From Clostridiales bacterium (GTDB taxonomy: Bacteria > Bacillota > Clostridia > Christensenellales > UBA1242): a stretch of 64,000 nt of DNA. Of this stretch, positions 44,735 through 54,620 are shown piece by piece. The notes under the pieces are model-generated. The model ran no database searches, was not told the DNA's origin, and saw only the letters and a program-made list of their open reading frames with translations. Numbering within the stretch: position 1 is the first letter of the stretch; each line of letters begins with the position of its first letter. Location: NCBI GenBank assembly GCA_003522085.1, contig DPGI01000005.1, forward strand, positions 172,868 through 236,867. The letters are read 5' to 3'. Both the position numbers and the translations under genes were made by a program.

Positions 44735-46656
44735 AACACTCTTTTAAACATTTTTTCAAAGTCGCGCTTTTCAAGTTCAAGCACGATTGGTCTGCCGTGT
44801 GGGCAAAGCAAAACTCCTTTGCGCATTGCGTCTATCAAGTATGCAATTTCATCGTTTGAAATGTGGTCGCCCGCCTTTATGGCATGTTTGCACGCATATT
44901 GGCTGAGACGCTCTTTCATAATTTGACTTGTTGATTTGTCAAATATACTTTCGTCTGCAAGCACGCTTTCAAAGAATTTTGAAAGGTCAATGCCACTTAA
45001 AATAAGTGGGACAGCGCTGATTTCAAAGCCGAGTTTGCTTTCTTTTAAGTTGAATCCAAGTTTTTCAAGAACTGGAACTGTTTCGATAAGTTTGATTCTT
45101 TCCTTTTCGGTTGTTTTAAGTTCAAATGGGAAAAGAAGCGGTTGTTTAAGCACTTCGCTGTTTTCGACTTGCTTGCAAAGCTTGTCATAAAGCGTGCGTT
45201 CGTGCGCTGCGTGTTGATCGATGAAATAGGCTTTGTCGGCATATTCTACAACGATATAAGTTGCAAAAAGCGTGCCTAAAATTTTCATTTCATCTTTGAC
45301 TGACGCTGTCAAGAATTTGTTTTCAAGCATCTTGCCTGCTTCGATTTCGCTGGCGTGCACACTTTCGGTTTGATCGAAGAAAATTCTGCCGCCGATTTTG
45401 TTGACTGGAACAGTTTTTTCGATTGTTATATTCATAAAATCTGGAAGCGGCTGTTTAACCGTTTTTGTTTCGATTTCAACTTCGCGTTTTGGATAGGCGA
45501 TTTTTTCGTCTGGGCCGTTGTCGCGATAACTCATGCCCTCTTTGCTTGGAAGTGGCTCGATGTCAGCAACTGGAACGTGCGCAAAACTTTGGGTGTTTTC
45601 TGGGGCGCGTGTGTCGCTTTCGAGCGTTTCGTTTTCGATGCTGTTGACGCGAACTTCAAAGTTGGCTATGTGATTTGCCATGATAAGTCCGTTTTCAATT
45701 TGTCTGCGAACAAAACCAAACACTCTGTTTGGATTTTCAAACTTAACTTCACGTTTTGTTGGGTGAATGTTTACGTCGACAGTGTCTGATGGCATAGTGA
45801 GCGATAAAATGTAGATTGGGAATCTGCCTTTCATCAAAAATGGCTCGAATGCGCCTTGGACAGCCGACGAAACGAGATAGTTTTCAACATATCTGCCGTT
45901 GACAAATAGTGTTTGATTTGTGCGATTTACTTTTGAATATTTAGGCGAAATGATAAAGCCTGAAAGGCGCATTCCATCTTCTTCTGCGTCGATTTTGATG
46001 AGATTGTCATATACTTCTTTGCCATAAATTGTGTAGATTATGTCTGAAAGTTCTGACGAAATTGTGTTGTAAATTTGCTTGCCGTCAACAACATATAAAA
46101 ATGAAATTTCAGGGTGAGCAAGCATGAATTTTTCGACGAGATGTGTGATTTCGCTTTCTTCAATTTTGCTGCGTCTTAAAAATTTGGCACGCACTGGAGC
46201 ATTGTAAAACAGGTCACTCGCTTCGATTGTTGTGCCTTTGTTGCGGGCAACTTCATTAACTTCGCTGAAAAGTCCGCCGTCGATGCGAATGCTGTGGCCG
46301 ACTTCGTCGTTTTCGGTTTTTGATGAAGCATAAATGTGGCACACTGACGCGATTGACGCCAAAGCTTCGCCACGGAAGCCAAGTGTGTGAATTGTGTCTA
46401 AATCTTCTACTTTTGAAATTTTGCTGGTCGCGTGTGGCATAAAGGCGTTGTTTAAATCGTCTTTTTCGATGCCTTGGCCGTTGTCGGAAATTACTATTTT
46501 CTTTTTGCCACCATCTTCAATTTCAATGCTGATAACAGTCGCTTTGGCGTCGATGCTGTTTTCAACCAATTCTTTTACGATTGATGCTGGCTTTTCTACA
46601 ACCTCACCTGCTGCGATGCGATTGAAGACCATGCTGTCAAGAAGTTTTATTTTCAT
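44731..46656 (-). CDS. mutL: DNA mismatch repair protein MutL
   Basis: GHKL ATPase N-terminus IAAGEVVEKPASIVKELVENSIDA. Confidence 0.95.
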   Translation of the reverse strand: MKIKLLDSMVFNRIAAGEVVEKPASIVKELVENSIDAKATVISIEIEDGGKKKIVISDNGQGIEKDDLNNAFMPHATSKISKVEDLDTIHTLGFRGEALASIASVCHIYASSKTENDEVGHSIRIDGGLFSEVNEVARNKGTTIEASDLFYNAPVRAKFLRRSKIEESEITHLVEKFMLAHPEISFLYVVDGKQIYNTISSELSDIIYTIYGKEVYDNLIKIDAEEDGMRLSGFIISPKYSKVNRTNQTLFVNGRYVENYLVSSAVQGAFEPFLMKGRFPIYILSLTMPSDTVDVNIHPTKREVKFENPNRVFGFVRRQIENGLIMANHIANFEVRVNSIENETLESDTRAPENTQSFAHVPVADIEPLPSKEGMSYRDNGPDEKIAYPKREVEIETKTVKQPLPDFMNITIEKTVPVNKIGGRIFFDQTESVHASEIEAGKMLENKFLTASVKDEMKILGTLFATYIVVEYADKAYFIDQHAAHERTLYDKLCKQVENSEVLKQPLLFPFELKTTEKERIKLIETVPVLEKLGFNLKESKLGFEISAVPLILSGIDLSKFFESVLADESIFDKSTSQIMKERLSQYACKHAIKAGDHISNDEIAYLIDAMRKGVLLCPHGRPIVLELEKRDFEKMFKRVL

Positions 46657-49229
46657 TTTTCCTCCTTCGCTTTGTTTGTTAAATCAACCAAGATTTCAAA
46701 CGCTGCCATTGGCGAAAGTCTGTTTGGATCGATGTCTTTTATGATGCGATAGATTTCGCTCATGGTTTTGTTTTCTTGCTTTTCGACCGGAAGCGATTTT
46801 AAAGAGTTTATGTCTAATTTTTGATTGAGACTTTCAAGATTTTTTGATATTTGCTTTGCACGAGTGAGCACATCGATTGGAAGCCCTGCCATTCTGGCAA
46901 CTTCGATACCAAAACTCTTGTTTGCGCCACCGCGGACGATTTTGCGCAAGAACACAACGTCGTCGTCAAGTTCTTTAACCAAAATTTTGTAATTTTTAAC
47001 GCCGCTGAGCGAACCTTCAAGGTCTGTTAACTCGTGATAGTGCGTTGCAAAAAGCGTTTTTGCTGGAAGGTGTTTTGCCATGTGTTCGACAACTGCCCAC
47101 GCTATACTGAGCCCGTCAAATGTTGATGTGCCGCGACCAATTTCGTCTAAAATAACCAAACTTTTTGGCGTGGCATTGGCAAGAATTGATGCGACTTCGC
47201 TCATTTCAACCATGAATGTGCTTTGCCCAAATGCCAAGTCATCGCTTGCTCCGACACGGGTGAATATGCGGTCAGTTATCGCGATTTTTGCTTCTTTTGC
47301 TGGGACAAAACTTCCGATATGCGCCATAAAAGTTATGAGCGCAACTTGTCTCATATATGTGCTTTTGCCTGCCATATTTGGACCGGTTATTATCATGATT
47401 TGATCGTCTGGAGACGAAAGGAATGTGTCGTTTGAAATGAATGTTCCGCCAGTTAAAAATGCTTCGACAACAGGGTGCCTTCCGCCTACTATCGAAATTT
47501 CTTGCACGCTTTCATCGATTTGTGGACGCGTGTAATTGTTTGAAACTGCCGTTTGTGCGAGCGAGAAAATCGCGTCGACATCGCTGATTGCATCGGCCGT
47601 TGTCAAAAGTTCGTCAACCATTGTTTGAAGGTGCGATTTTAATTGATCATAGATGATTGATTCAAGTTTGATTGCGTTTTCGTCGGCATTTACAATTTTG
47701 TCTTCGATGAGTTTTAAGTCTTGTGTTATGTATCTTTCATTGTTTGCAACCGTTTGTTTGCGCTTATAATAAAGTGGAACGCGGTCGGTTTCTTTTTTGT
47801 TGACCTCAATGAAATATCCATACACACGGTTTGAAATGATTTTAAGGCTTTTTATGCCCGTTTTCGTGCGCTCTTCTTCTTCAAGTGAATCGAGCCATTT
47901 TTTGCCTTCGATTTTTACATTGCGCAAACTGTCAAGTTCACTGTTGAAGCCGGCACGGATGTAGCCGCCGTCGCGCAGAAGCATTGGGGCGTCTTCATCA
48001 ATCGCCTTTTCAAGCAAGTCGTGTAAGTCTTTAAGTCCGCTGATTTTTGCGTTTAATGGCGAAAGAGTTGTGGCTTTTGAAATCACCTCTTTAAGACCTG
48101 GAATTGGCGCAAGTGAGTTTTTAAGCGACAACAAGTCTTTTGGCGTCACGTTGCCATATGCGATTTTACCGGCAAGACGTTCGATGTCGCCAATTGCTGA
48201 CAAGGCGATTCCAATTTGGTCTCTTATCACCGATTTTTTGTAAAGTTCTTCCACCCTATCAAGACGTTCGTTGATTTTTTCTCCTGATTGGAGCGGATGA
48301 TCGAAAATATATCTGAATTTACGTGCGCCCATGCTGGTTTTGGTTTTGTCCATAAGCCAAATGAGTGAGCCATAACGTTTGCGCTCGCGAATAGTCTCGA
48401 CAAGTTCGAGATTGCGGCGAGCCGTTGAGTCGATTTGCATATAATCGTTGTTTCTGACAAGTTTTAAGTGTTTAATCGACTGGATTTGACGCTTTTGAGT
48501 TTCGGAAAGATATTCAATAAGCGCGCCCGATGAAATTTGAGCTGATTTTTTGTCTTCAATTTCATAAACACGTTTATAATTTTCCCCAAACTGCTTTGAA
48601 AGGTTTTGGTCGCATCTTTCTCCCCTAAACGCCCAGTCATAATACTTTTGCATTTTTGGAAGCGAACCAAGTTTCATTACTGGCAGGCTTTCATAAAGTT
48701 CGCAAGCAGCATCATTGCCAATTACTTCGCTTGGAGCAACGCGTGAGAGCGTGTCGGTGAAGGCTTGGACAAAGTCGCTGTCGATTTGTTCGGTTTCAAA
48801 AAGCCCAGTTGTAATGTCGGAATAACTAAGGCCGAGTTTTGATCCGTCAAAATAGGCGCAGAGAATAAAGTTGTTTCTGTTGTTGTCAAGCATAATGTCT
48901 TCGGTGACTGTGCCCGGTGTGACAACTCGAATTACGTCACGTTCGACCATTTGTCCACGTTTTGGCTCGGAAAGTTGTTCGCAAATTGCAACTTTAAAGT
49001 TCATCGAAATGAGTTTTTGAATGTAGGTTTCACTGGCATGATAAGGCACACCGCACATTGGAGCGCCTGCACGTTGAGTAAGCGTAAGGTCAAGCGCTTT
49101 TGATGCGGTTAAAGCGTCTTCATAAAACATTTCATAAAAATCGCCAAGCCTAAAGAAAAGCAAAGTGTCGGGATACTTTTCTTTTATGAGCAGATATTGC
49201 TGGAACATTGGCGTTGGTTTATCGTTCAT
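46653..49229 (-). CDS. mutS: DNA mismatch repair protein MutS
   Basis: TPMFQQY..GDFYEMF mismatch-binding domain. Walker A GPNMAGKST. Confidence 0.97.
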   Translation of the reverse strand: MNDKPTPMFQQYLLIKEKYPDTLLFFRLGDFYEMFYEDALTASKALDLTLTQRAGAPMCGVPYHASETYIQKLISMNFKVAICEQLSEPKRGQMVERDVIRVVTPGTVTEDIMLDNNRNNFILCAYFDGSKLGLSYSDITTGLFETEQIDSDFVQAFTDTLSRVAPSEVIGNDAACELYESLPVMKLGSLPKMQKYYDWAFRGERCDQNLSKQFGENYKRVYEIEDKKSAQISSGALIEYLSETQKRQIQSIKHLKLVRNNDYMQIDSTARRNLELVETIRERKRYGSLIWLMDKTKTSMGARKFRYIFDHPLQSGEKINERLDRVEELYKKSVIRDQIGIALSAIGDIERLAGKIAYGNVTPKDLLSLKNSLAPIPGLKEVISKATTLSPLNAKISGLKDLHDLLEKAIDEDAPMLLRDGGYIRAGFNSELDSLRNVKIEGKKWLDSLEEEERTKTGIKSLKIISNRVYGYFIEVNKKETDRVPLYYKRKQTVANNERYITQDLKLIEDKIVNADENAIKLESIIYDQLKSHLQTMVDELLTTADAISDVDAIFSLAQTAVSNNYTRPQIDESVQEISIVGGRHPVVEAFLTGGTFISNDTFLSSPDDQIMIITGPNMAGKSTYMRQVALITFMAHIGSFVPAKEAKIAITDRIFTRVGASDDLAFGQSTFMVEMSEVASILANATPKSLVILDEIGRGTSTFDGLSIAWAVVEHMAKHLPAKTLFATHYHELTDLEGSLSGVKNYKILVKELDDDVVFLRKIVRGGANKSFGIEVARMAGLPIDVLTRAKQISKNLESLNQKLDINSLKSLPVEKQENKTMSEIYRIIKDIDPNRLSPMAAFEILVDLTNKAKEEK

Positions 49230-50347
49230 TTTTTGTCCTCTTTTTGTATTTTCTTTTCAAGATTAAGCAAACGATTTACGCGATCGTGCTTTGTTACCTC
49301 GTCGATTTGGCCGTCCATTTTTGCCGCAACTGTGCCCTCTCTTGGCGAATAGATGAACGCAAAAATGCTTGAAAAACGCACCTTTTCTACAAGGTCCATT
49401 GTGTCGAGAAATTCTTCTTCTGTTTCGGTTGGAAAACCTACGATAAAGTCTGATGTCAAAACGACATTTGGAATTAATGTTTTGATTTTTTTGATTATGT
49501 CAAGGTATTTTTCACGTGTATATGAGCGGTTCATTGCCTTTAAAATGCGGTTGTTTCCGCTTTGGGCTGGCAAGTGAATCTCTTTAAGCATTTTGTCGTT
49601 GTGGGCGATTTCTTCAATCAATTCGTCGGTGATGTCTTTTGGGTGTGAAGTCATAAATCCAACTTTAAAGTCGCCTTCAATAGCTGTGATTTCACGCAAA
49701 AGTTGTGTGAAAGTTATGCTTGGAGAAAGGTCTTTGCCATACGAATTTACGTTTTGACCAAGCAGAGTGATTTTTTTGTATTTTCCTTCTTTCACGATTT
49801 GTCGGATTTCGTTTAAAATGTTTTCTTTTTGGCGTGATTTTTCTCTGCCGCGAACATATGGGACTATGCAATATGTGCAGAAATTGTTGCAGCCATACAT
49901 AATGTTGACCCAAGCATTGTCGCCGCTTGTGCGAAGATATGATTTTTCTTCGTCAATTTCGCCTTCGTTCCAAAGTTCGAGCACTCTTTTTTTGCGTGCT
50001 TGGTCGATGTATTCACCAATTTTGTGAAGGTTGAACGTGCCTAAAATAACGTCTACAAATGGAAACGTTTTTTTGATGTATTCTGCCGTTGATGATTTTT
50101 GCGAAGCGCAGCCGCAAACTGCTATTACAAGGTTTGGATTTTGTCTTTTTTGGCGTTTAAGCGCGCCTACATTTCCAAACATGCGGTCTTCTGCCCCTTC
50201 TCTAATTGCGCAAGTATTAAAAACGATTACGTCCGCATCTTCGCGATTTGGGGTTGGTTTATACCCCATTTCTTCAAGTATGGACGCAATTTTTTCTGAT
50301 TCATGAACATTCATTTGGCAACCAAATGTTACTATATGATAAAACAT
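49226..50347 (-). CDS. miaB: MiaB-like tRNA methylthiotransferase lacking the TRAM domain
   Basis: TFGCQMN N-terminal cluster and radical SAM CNNFCTYC. The protein ends about 60 aa early relative to full-length MiaB. Confidence 0.8.
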   Translation of the reverse strand: MFYHIVTFGCQMNVHESEKIASILEEMGYKPTPNREDADVIVFNTCAIREGAEDRMFGNVGALKRQKRQNPNLVIAVCGCASQKSSTAEYIKKTFPFVDVILGTFNLHKIGEYIDQARKKRVLELWNEGEIDEEKSYLRTSGDNAWVNIMYGCNNFCTYCIVPYVRGREKSRQKENILNEIRQIVKEGKYKKITLLGQNVNSYGKDLSPSITFTQLLREITAIEGDFKVGFMTSHPKDITDELIEEIAHNDKMLKEIHLPAQSGNNRILKAMNRSYTREKYLDIIKKIKTLIPNVVLTSDFIVGFPTETEEEFLDTMDLVEKVRFSSIFAFIYSPREGTVAAKMDGQIDEVTKHDRVNRLLNLEKKIQKEDKK

Positions 50348-50353
50348 AGTTTT

Positions 50354-50382
50354 ATTATACAAGATTTTACAAAGTTTTGCAA
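50354..50382 (-). promoter_or_regulatory. promoter placing TSS on the miaB ATG (leaderless)
   Basis: TTGCAA-17-TATAAT, then 6 nt, then ATG. Confidence 0.55.
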
Positions 50383-50415
50383 ATATTTTCTTTAATGTTG
50401 ACACATATTAAAGTC

Positions 50416-52638
50416 ATGAAGAAATTTGTCAAAATTTGTCTGATTTCATTCTGTGTCATTTTTGGAGCATGTGTGCTGAGCAGCACACTGTTTTTAAGTA
50501 TAAATCTCATCAAATTTTCTTCACTTGCGCTAAACGAAGATGCGCTTTCGTCACCTATGCTGGCAGTCGCAGTCTATGACTCGGACAACCGACCTGTTAA
50601 GGACGAAAACACGTTTAACAGCGCGCACTGCTCCATTTCGCAACTGCCAGAAAATGTGAAAAACGCGTTTATTGCGATTGAAGATGTTTCGTTTTATAAG
50701 CATCATGGACTGAACTATAAACGAATGTGCAAGGCGGCTTTAAAAAACATAACCTCACACTCACTTAAAGAAGGTGCTTCGACCATAAGCCAGCAACTTA
50801 TAAAAAACACACATCTTAGCAGCGAAAAGACTTTTGAGCGAAAAATCAAGGAAATTGTGCTGACAAAAAAGTTGGAAAAATCGCACTCAAAAGACCAAAT
50901 TTTAGAATGTTATTTAAACGCAATTTATTATGGCAACAACTGCTATGGCATTGAAAATGCAGCAAATTATTACTTTTCAAAAAGTTCGAATAAACTCAAT
51001 TTGCAAGAAAGTGCACTGTTGGCAGGCATGATTAAATCGCCAAGCCGCTATTCGCCTATATCTCAGACTGAAAACGCGCTAAAAAGGCGTAATTTGGTGC
51101 TTAGACAGATGCAAAGAGCCGGTTTTATAAGCGAAGAAGACGCCGAAAATGCCGCGAAAAGTGAAATCGAACTCAACCTTTCGTCGTCGAACTTTAATCC
51201 GATAAATTCTTACAGCGAAGCCGCATTGGACGAAGCAAAAAGCATTTTAAATATTCCGCTTAAAGATATGGCACTGAATGGCTATAAAATTCACACATAT
51301 TTAAACCTTAGCGACCAACAAAAACTCGAAAAAGCGCTTGAAAAAGAGGATTTTAATTCCGCCGACCATGCCGTGATTTTGGTTGATAATTCAAAACACG
51401 CTGTCAGCGCGTTTTTGGGCAAAAGTGCTTATAAAATACTAACTGCAAAAAGGCAGCCCGGCTCAGCAATTAAGCCAATCCTTGTTTATGCACCCGCGCT
51501 TGATGCCGATTTGATTTATCCGTGTTCACAAATTCTTGACGAACCGTTATCGCTTGGCGAATACAAACCCAAAAACGTTGACGGCAAGTTTAGAGGTTAT
51601 GTTTCGGCAAGCGAAGCCGTTTCAAAATCAATCAACATCCCTGCAATTAAAGTGCTTTCATATGTGGGCGTTGAAAGGGCAAAATCTTATGCTGAAGGCA
51701 TGGGCATAGACTTTGACGATGAAGACACGTCACTTGCTCTTGCGCTGGGCGGAATGCGATATGGCGTGAGTTTAAAACAGATGGCGCAGGCTTACTCGAC
51801 TTTTGCGTGCGGCGGAAAATATGCCGAAGCCAAATTTGTGGAATATATAACTGACGCGAAAGGCAAAATTCTTTATAAACACTCCCCTCAAACTGTGCAA
51901 GCGATTCGTGAAGACACTGCATATCTAATGACTACAATGCTGCAAGAGGCCGCAGAAAGCGGCACAGCGAAAAATCTTGCATCGCTTGAAATGGCAATCG
52001 CCGCCAAGACAGGAACGGTTGGAAAAGGCAAGAAAAACAGCGACGCGTGGTGCGTGGCTTATACTCCTGAAAAAGTGTGCGCCGTTTGGGTTGGAAACTT
52101 GGACAACACTCCAATTTCAGTTGCGGGCGGAAATCAGCCGACAAGGTGTGCGAAAAACTATTTTGAAAGCGCAAAAGAAGAAAACCGCGGAGCAATCGTT
52201 GTGCCAAGCACGATAGTGACGCGCGACATTGACCTTGTAAGTCTTGAAAACGAACATCGCATCGAACTTGCTTCGCCGGCAACTCCTGAGCGATTTAGGC
52301 AGAGTCAAAGTTTTTCGGTGTTTAACTTGCCAAAAGATGTTTCAAGCAATTTTTTAGAAGTTGAAAAACAAAATTTTGATGTAAAATTTGACGGCAAAAC
52401 AGCAAGCATTTCGTTTAAAGCAAAACGCAATTATATTTATAAAATTTATGATTCAACGGCGCTTTTAAAAGAAGTGTCCGGACAAAATGAAGATGTGGCG
52501 CTTTCGCTGGATTTTTCAGGCGAAAACGTGAAAATAGTTTATGGATTTGACGAGAAAAATTGTCAGGTTTTTGAATGCAAAATTAAAAATGAAACACCTA
52601 AAATTCAGCCGATAAAAAAGAGAAGATTTTTTGTGTAA
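50416..52638 (+). CDS. class A penicillin-binding protein (transglycosylase/transpeptidase)
   Basis: GT51 motifs AIEDVSFYKHHG and GASTISQQL. Transpeptidase KTGT. Start taken at MKKFVKI. Confidence 0.88.
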   Translation: MKKFVKICLISFCVIFGACVLSSTLFLSINLIKFSSLALNEDALSSPMLAVAVYDSDNRPVKDENTFNSAHCSISQLPENVKNAFIAIEDVSFYKHHGLNYKRMCKAALKNITSHSLKEGASTISQQLIKNTHLSSEKTFERKIKEIVLTKKLEKSHSKDQILECYLNAIYYGNNCYGIENAANYYFSKSSNKLNLQESALLAGMIKSPSRYSPISQTENALKRRNLVLRQMQRAGFISEEDAENAAKSEIELNLSSSNFNPINSYSEAALDEAKSILNIPLKDMALNGYKIHTYLNLSDQQKLEKALEKEDFNSADHAVILVDNSKHAVSAFLGKSAYKILTAKRQPGSAIKPILVYAPALDADLIYPCSQILDEPLSLGEYKPKNVDGKFRGYVSASEAVSKSINIPAIKVLSYVGVERAKSYAEGMGIDFDDEDTSLALALGGMRYGVSLKQMAQAYSTFACGGKYAEAKFVEYITDAKGKILYKHSPQTVQAIREDTAYLMTTMLQEAAESGTAKNLASLEMAIAAKTGTVGKGKKNSDAWCVAYTPEKVCAVWVGNLDNTPISVAGGNQPTRCAKNYFESAKEENRGAIVVPSTIVTRDIDLVSLENEHRIELASPATPERFRQSQSFSVFNLPKDVSSNFLEVEKQNFDVKFDGKTASISFKAKRNYIYKIYDSTALLKEVSGQNEDVALSLDFSGENVKIVYGFDEKNCQVFECKIKNETPKIQPIKKRRFFV

Positions 52639-52647
52639 ATCTTCTCT
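52619..52647. terminator. bidirectional terminator between PBP gene and recA
   Basis: AGAGAAGATTT-TTTGTGT-AAATCTTCTCT with flanking A and T runs. It overlaps the PBP stop codon. Confidence 0.7.
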
Positions 52648-52677
52648 TTAAATTTTCTTTTTATTTGCTTATCTTGA

Positions 52678-53706
52678 CTATTCTTCGTCGCCACCAACTT
52701 CAATTGGAAGTCCGTCTTTTTTAACCTCATCGATGATTTGTTTTTCGATTTCAGCATAAAGTTCTGGGTGGTTTTCAAGGTAGGCTTTTGTGTTTTCTTT
52801 GCCTTGTCCGATTTTTTCGTCGTTGTATGCAAACCATGAGCCAGATTTTTTGATGATTCCAAATTGTGTTGCAAGGTCAACTACGCAACCTGATTTTGAA
52901 ATTCCCTTTCCATAGATAATATCAAATTCGGCAACTTTAAATGGAGGAGCAAGTTTGTTTTTAACAACTTTGATTTTTGTTTTGTTTCCGATAACGTTTG
53001 CCCCTTCTTTGATTGCTTCGCCTTTTCTTACGTCAAGACGAACACTTGCATAGAATTTAAGCGCCTTCCCGCCGGCTGTTGTTTCTGGGCTGCCGTAGAT
53101 TACGCCGATTTTATCACGAAGTTGGTTGATGAACACAACGATTGTGTTGCTTTTGTTGATTGCACCTGTCAGTTTTCTGAGTGCTTGTGACATCATACGG
53201 GCTTGAAGGCCTACGTGATTGTCCCCCATTTCACCGTCGATTTCGGCTTTTGGTGTGAGCGCTGCGACACTGTCGACAACTACTACGTCGACCCCGCCAC
53301 TGCGAACAAGCATATCGCAAATATTGAGCGCTTGCTCTCCGTTGTCAGGTTGAGCAACATAAAGGTCTTTTAAAACTACGCCGAGTTTTTCTGCGTAACT
53401 TGGGTCAAGAGCATGTTCGGCATCGATGAATGCTGCTGTTCCGCCCATTTTTTGTGCTTCGGCAATAATGTGAAGCGAAACTGTTGTTTTACCTGAAGAT
53501 TCAGGTCCGTAAATTTCAATAACTCTGCCTCTTGGCACTCCACCTATCCCGAGAGCAAGATCAAGGGTTAAGCAACCTGTTGGAATCACGTCAATTTTTT
53601 GATTTGTTGTGTCTCCAAGCTTCATAATTGAACCTTTGCCGTATTGTTTTTCAATTTGAAGAAGTGCTTGTGAAAGTGCATCTTCTTTTGTTAAATTCTT
53701 TTCCAT
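52678..53706 (-). CDS. recA: recombinase RecA
   Basis: GPESSGKTT and the canonical RecA core throughout. Confidence 0.98.
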   Translation of the reverse strand: MEKNLTKEDALSQALLQIEKQYGKGSIMKLGDTTNQKIDVIPTGCLTLDLALGIGGVPRGRVIEIYGPESSGKTTVSLHIIAEAQKMGGTAAFIDAEHALDPSYAEKLGVVLKDLYVAQPDNGEQALNICDMLVRSGGVDVVVVDSVAALTPKAEIDGEMGDNHVGLQARMMSQALRKLTGAINKSNTIVVFINQLRDKIGVIYGSPETTAGGKALKFYASVRLDVRKGEAIKEGANVIGNKTKIKVVKNKLAPPFKVAEFDIIYGKGISKSGCVVDLATQFGIIKKSGSWFAYNDEKIGQGKENTKAYLENHPELYAEIEKQIIDEVKKDGLPIEVGGDEE

Positions 53707-53759
53707 AATCTCTCTCCAATTCGTCTATTTATCTATCTTTCTTTTCTGTTTATTAGTTT

Positions 53760-54620
53760 TTACTGTTTTCCGAAAATGTCTTCATAATCTTTTTGGCTGA
53801 TAAGGATTTCGCGTTCGTCACCTTCGTCTGAGATGTAGCCTAAAACTGTCATATCTTTCACGATTTTGGTTGCACGTTGTTCGTCAATGTTGAAACGTGA
53901 TGCAACTTTTTTCATGCTGATAAGACCTTCGTCAAAAAATTCACGCAAAACATCAGGAATAAGCCCGTCATATTTAACTGTTTTTTCTTGCTTTTTAGGG
54001 TCTTCTTTAAGCACGTGTCTGTTTTTAACAATATAACCGATTCCTGATGAGATGGTAAGGATTGTGCTTACAACAAGGCATACAATTAACACGATGCAAA
54101 TAACAGTGTTTGCTGTGCCTTCGATTGCTGTCCAGAACTCAGATACTAAGAACGCATAAATCATGTATAAAAAGATTGTTACGTCTTGTATTGTCGCTTT
54201 GATTTTTCCCGATTTGTCGGCTGCTAAAACAAGGTTTTTCGTTGCTGCGATTTGACGGAAAGCACTGATGATAAGTTCTCTTGCCAAGATGATTGTCACG
54301 CACAAAATTCCAAGCCAGATTGGCCAGATGGCTGGGATTGCTTGGCTTACCCCTGCACCTTGAACAGGCCATGCGGTAATTAAAAGCAGACCGCTCATAA
54401 CCAAGACTTTGTCGGCTATTGGGTCTAAGAATTTGCCTAAATCGGTGACTAAGTTTCTTTTTCTTGCAATTCTTCCGTCGATATTGTCAGTGATTGCAGC
54501 AATTCCAAAGATTAAGGCTGCAACAAGTTTGCCATAAGGAATGAAGTCTGCAAGGTAGAAAAATATCACAAATGGAATTAAACAAATACGTGAAATTGTT
54601 ATTTTATTTGGTAAGTTCAC
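53760..54620 (-). CDS. pgsA: CDP-diacylglycerol--glycerol-3-phosphate 3-phosphatidyltransferase fused to a C-terminal FtsK-gamma-like winged helix
   Basis: GTG start after GGAG. CDP-alcohol motif DNIDGRIARKRNLVTDLGKFLDPIADK. About 90 extra C-terminal residues. Confidence 0.85.
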   Translation of the reverse strand: MNLPNKITISRICLIPFVIFFYLADFIPYGKLVAALIFGIAAITDNIDGRIARKRNLVTDLGKFLDPIADKVLVMSGLLLITAWPVQGAGVSQAIPAIWPIWLGILCVTIILARELIISAFRQIAATKNLVLAADKSGKIKATIQDVTIFLYMIYAFLVSEFWTAIEGTANTVICIVLIVCLVVSTILTISSGIGYIVKNRHVLKEDPKKQEKTVKYDGLIPDVLREFFDEGLISMKKVASRFNIDEQRATKIVKDMTVLGYISDEGDEREILISQKDYEDIFGKQ

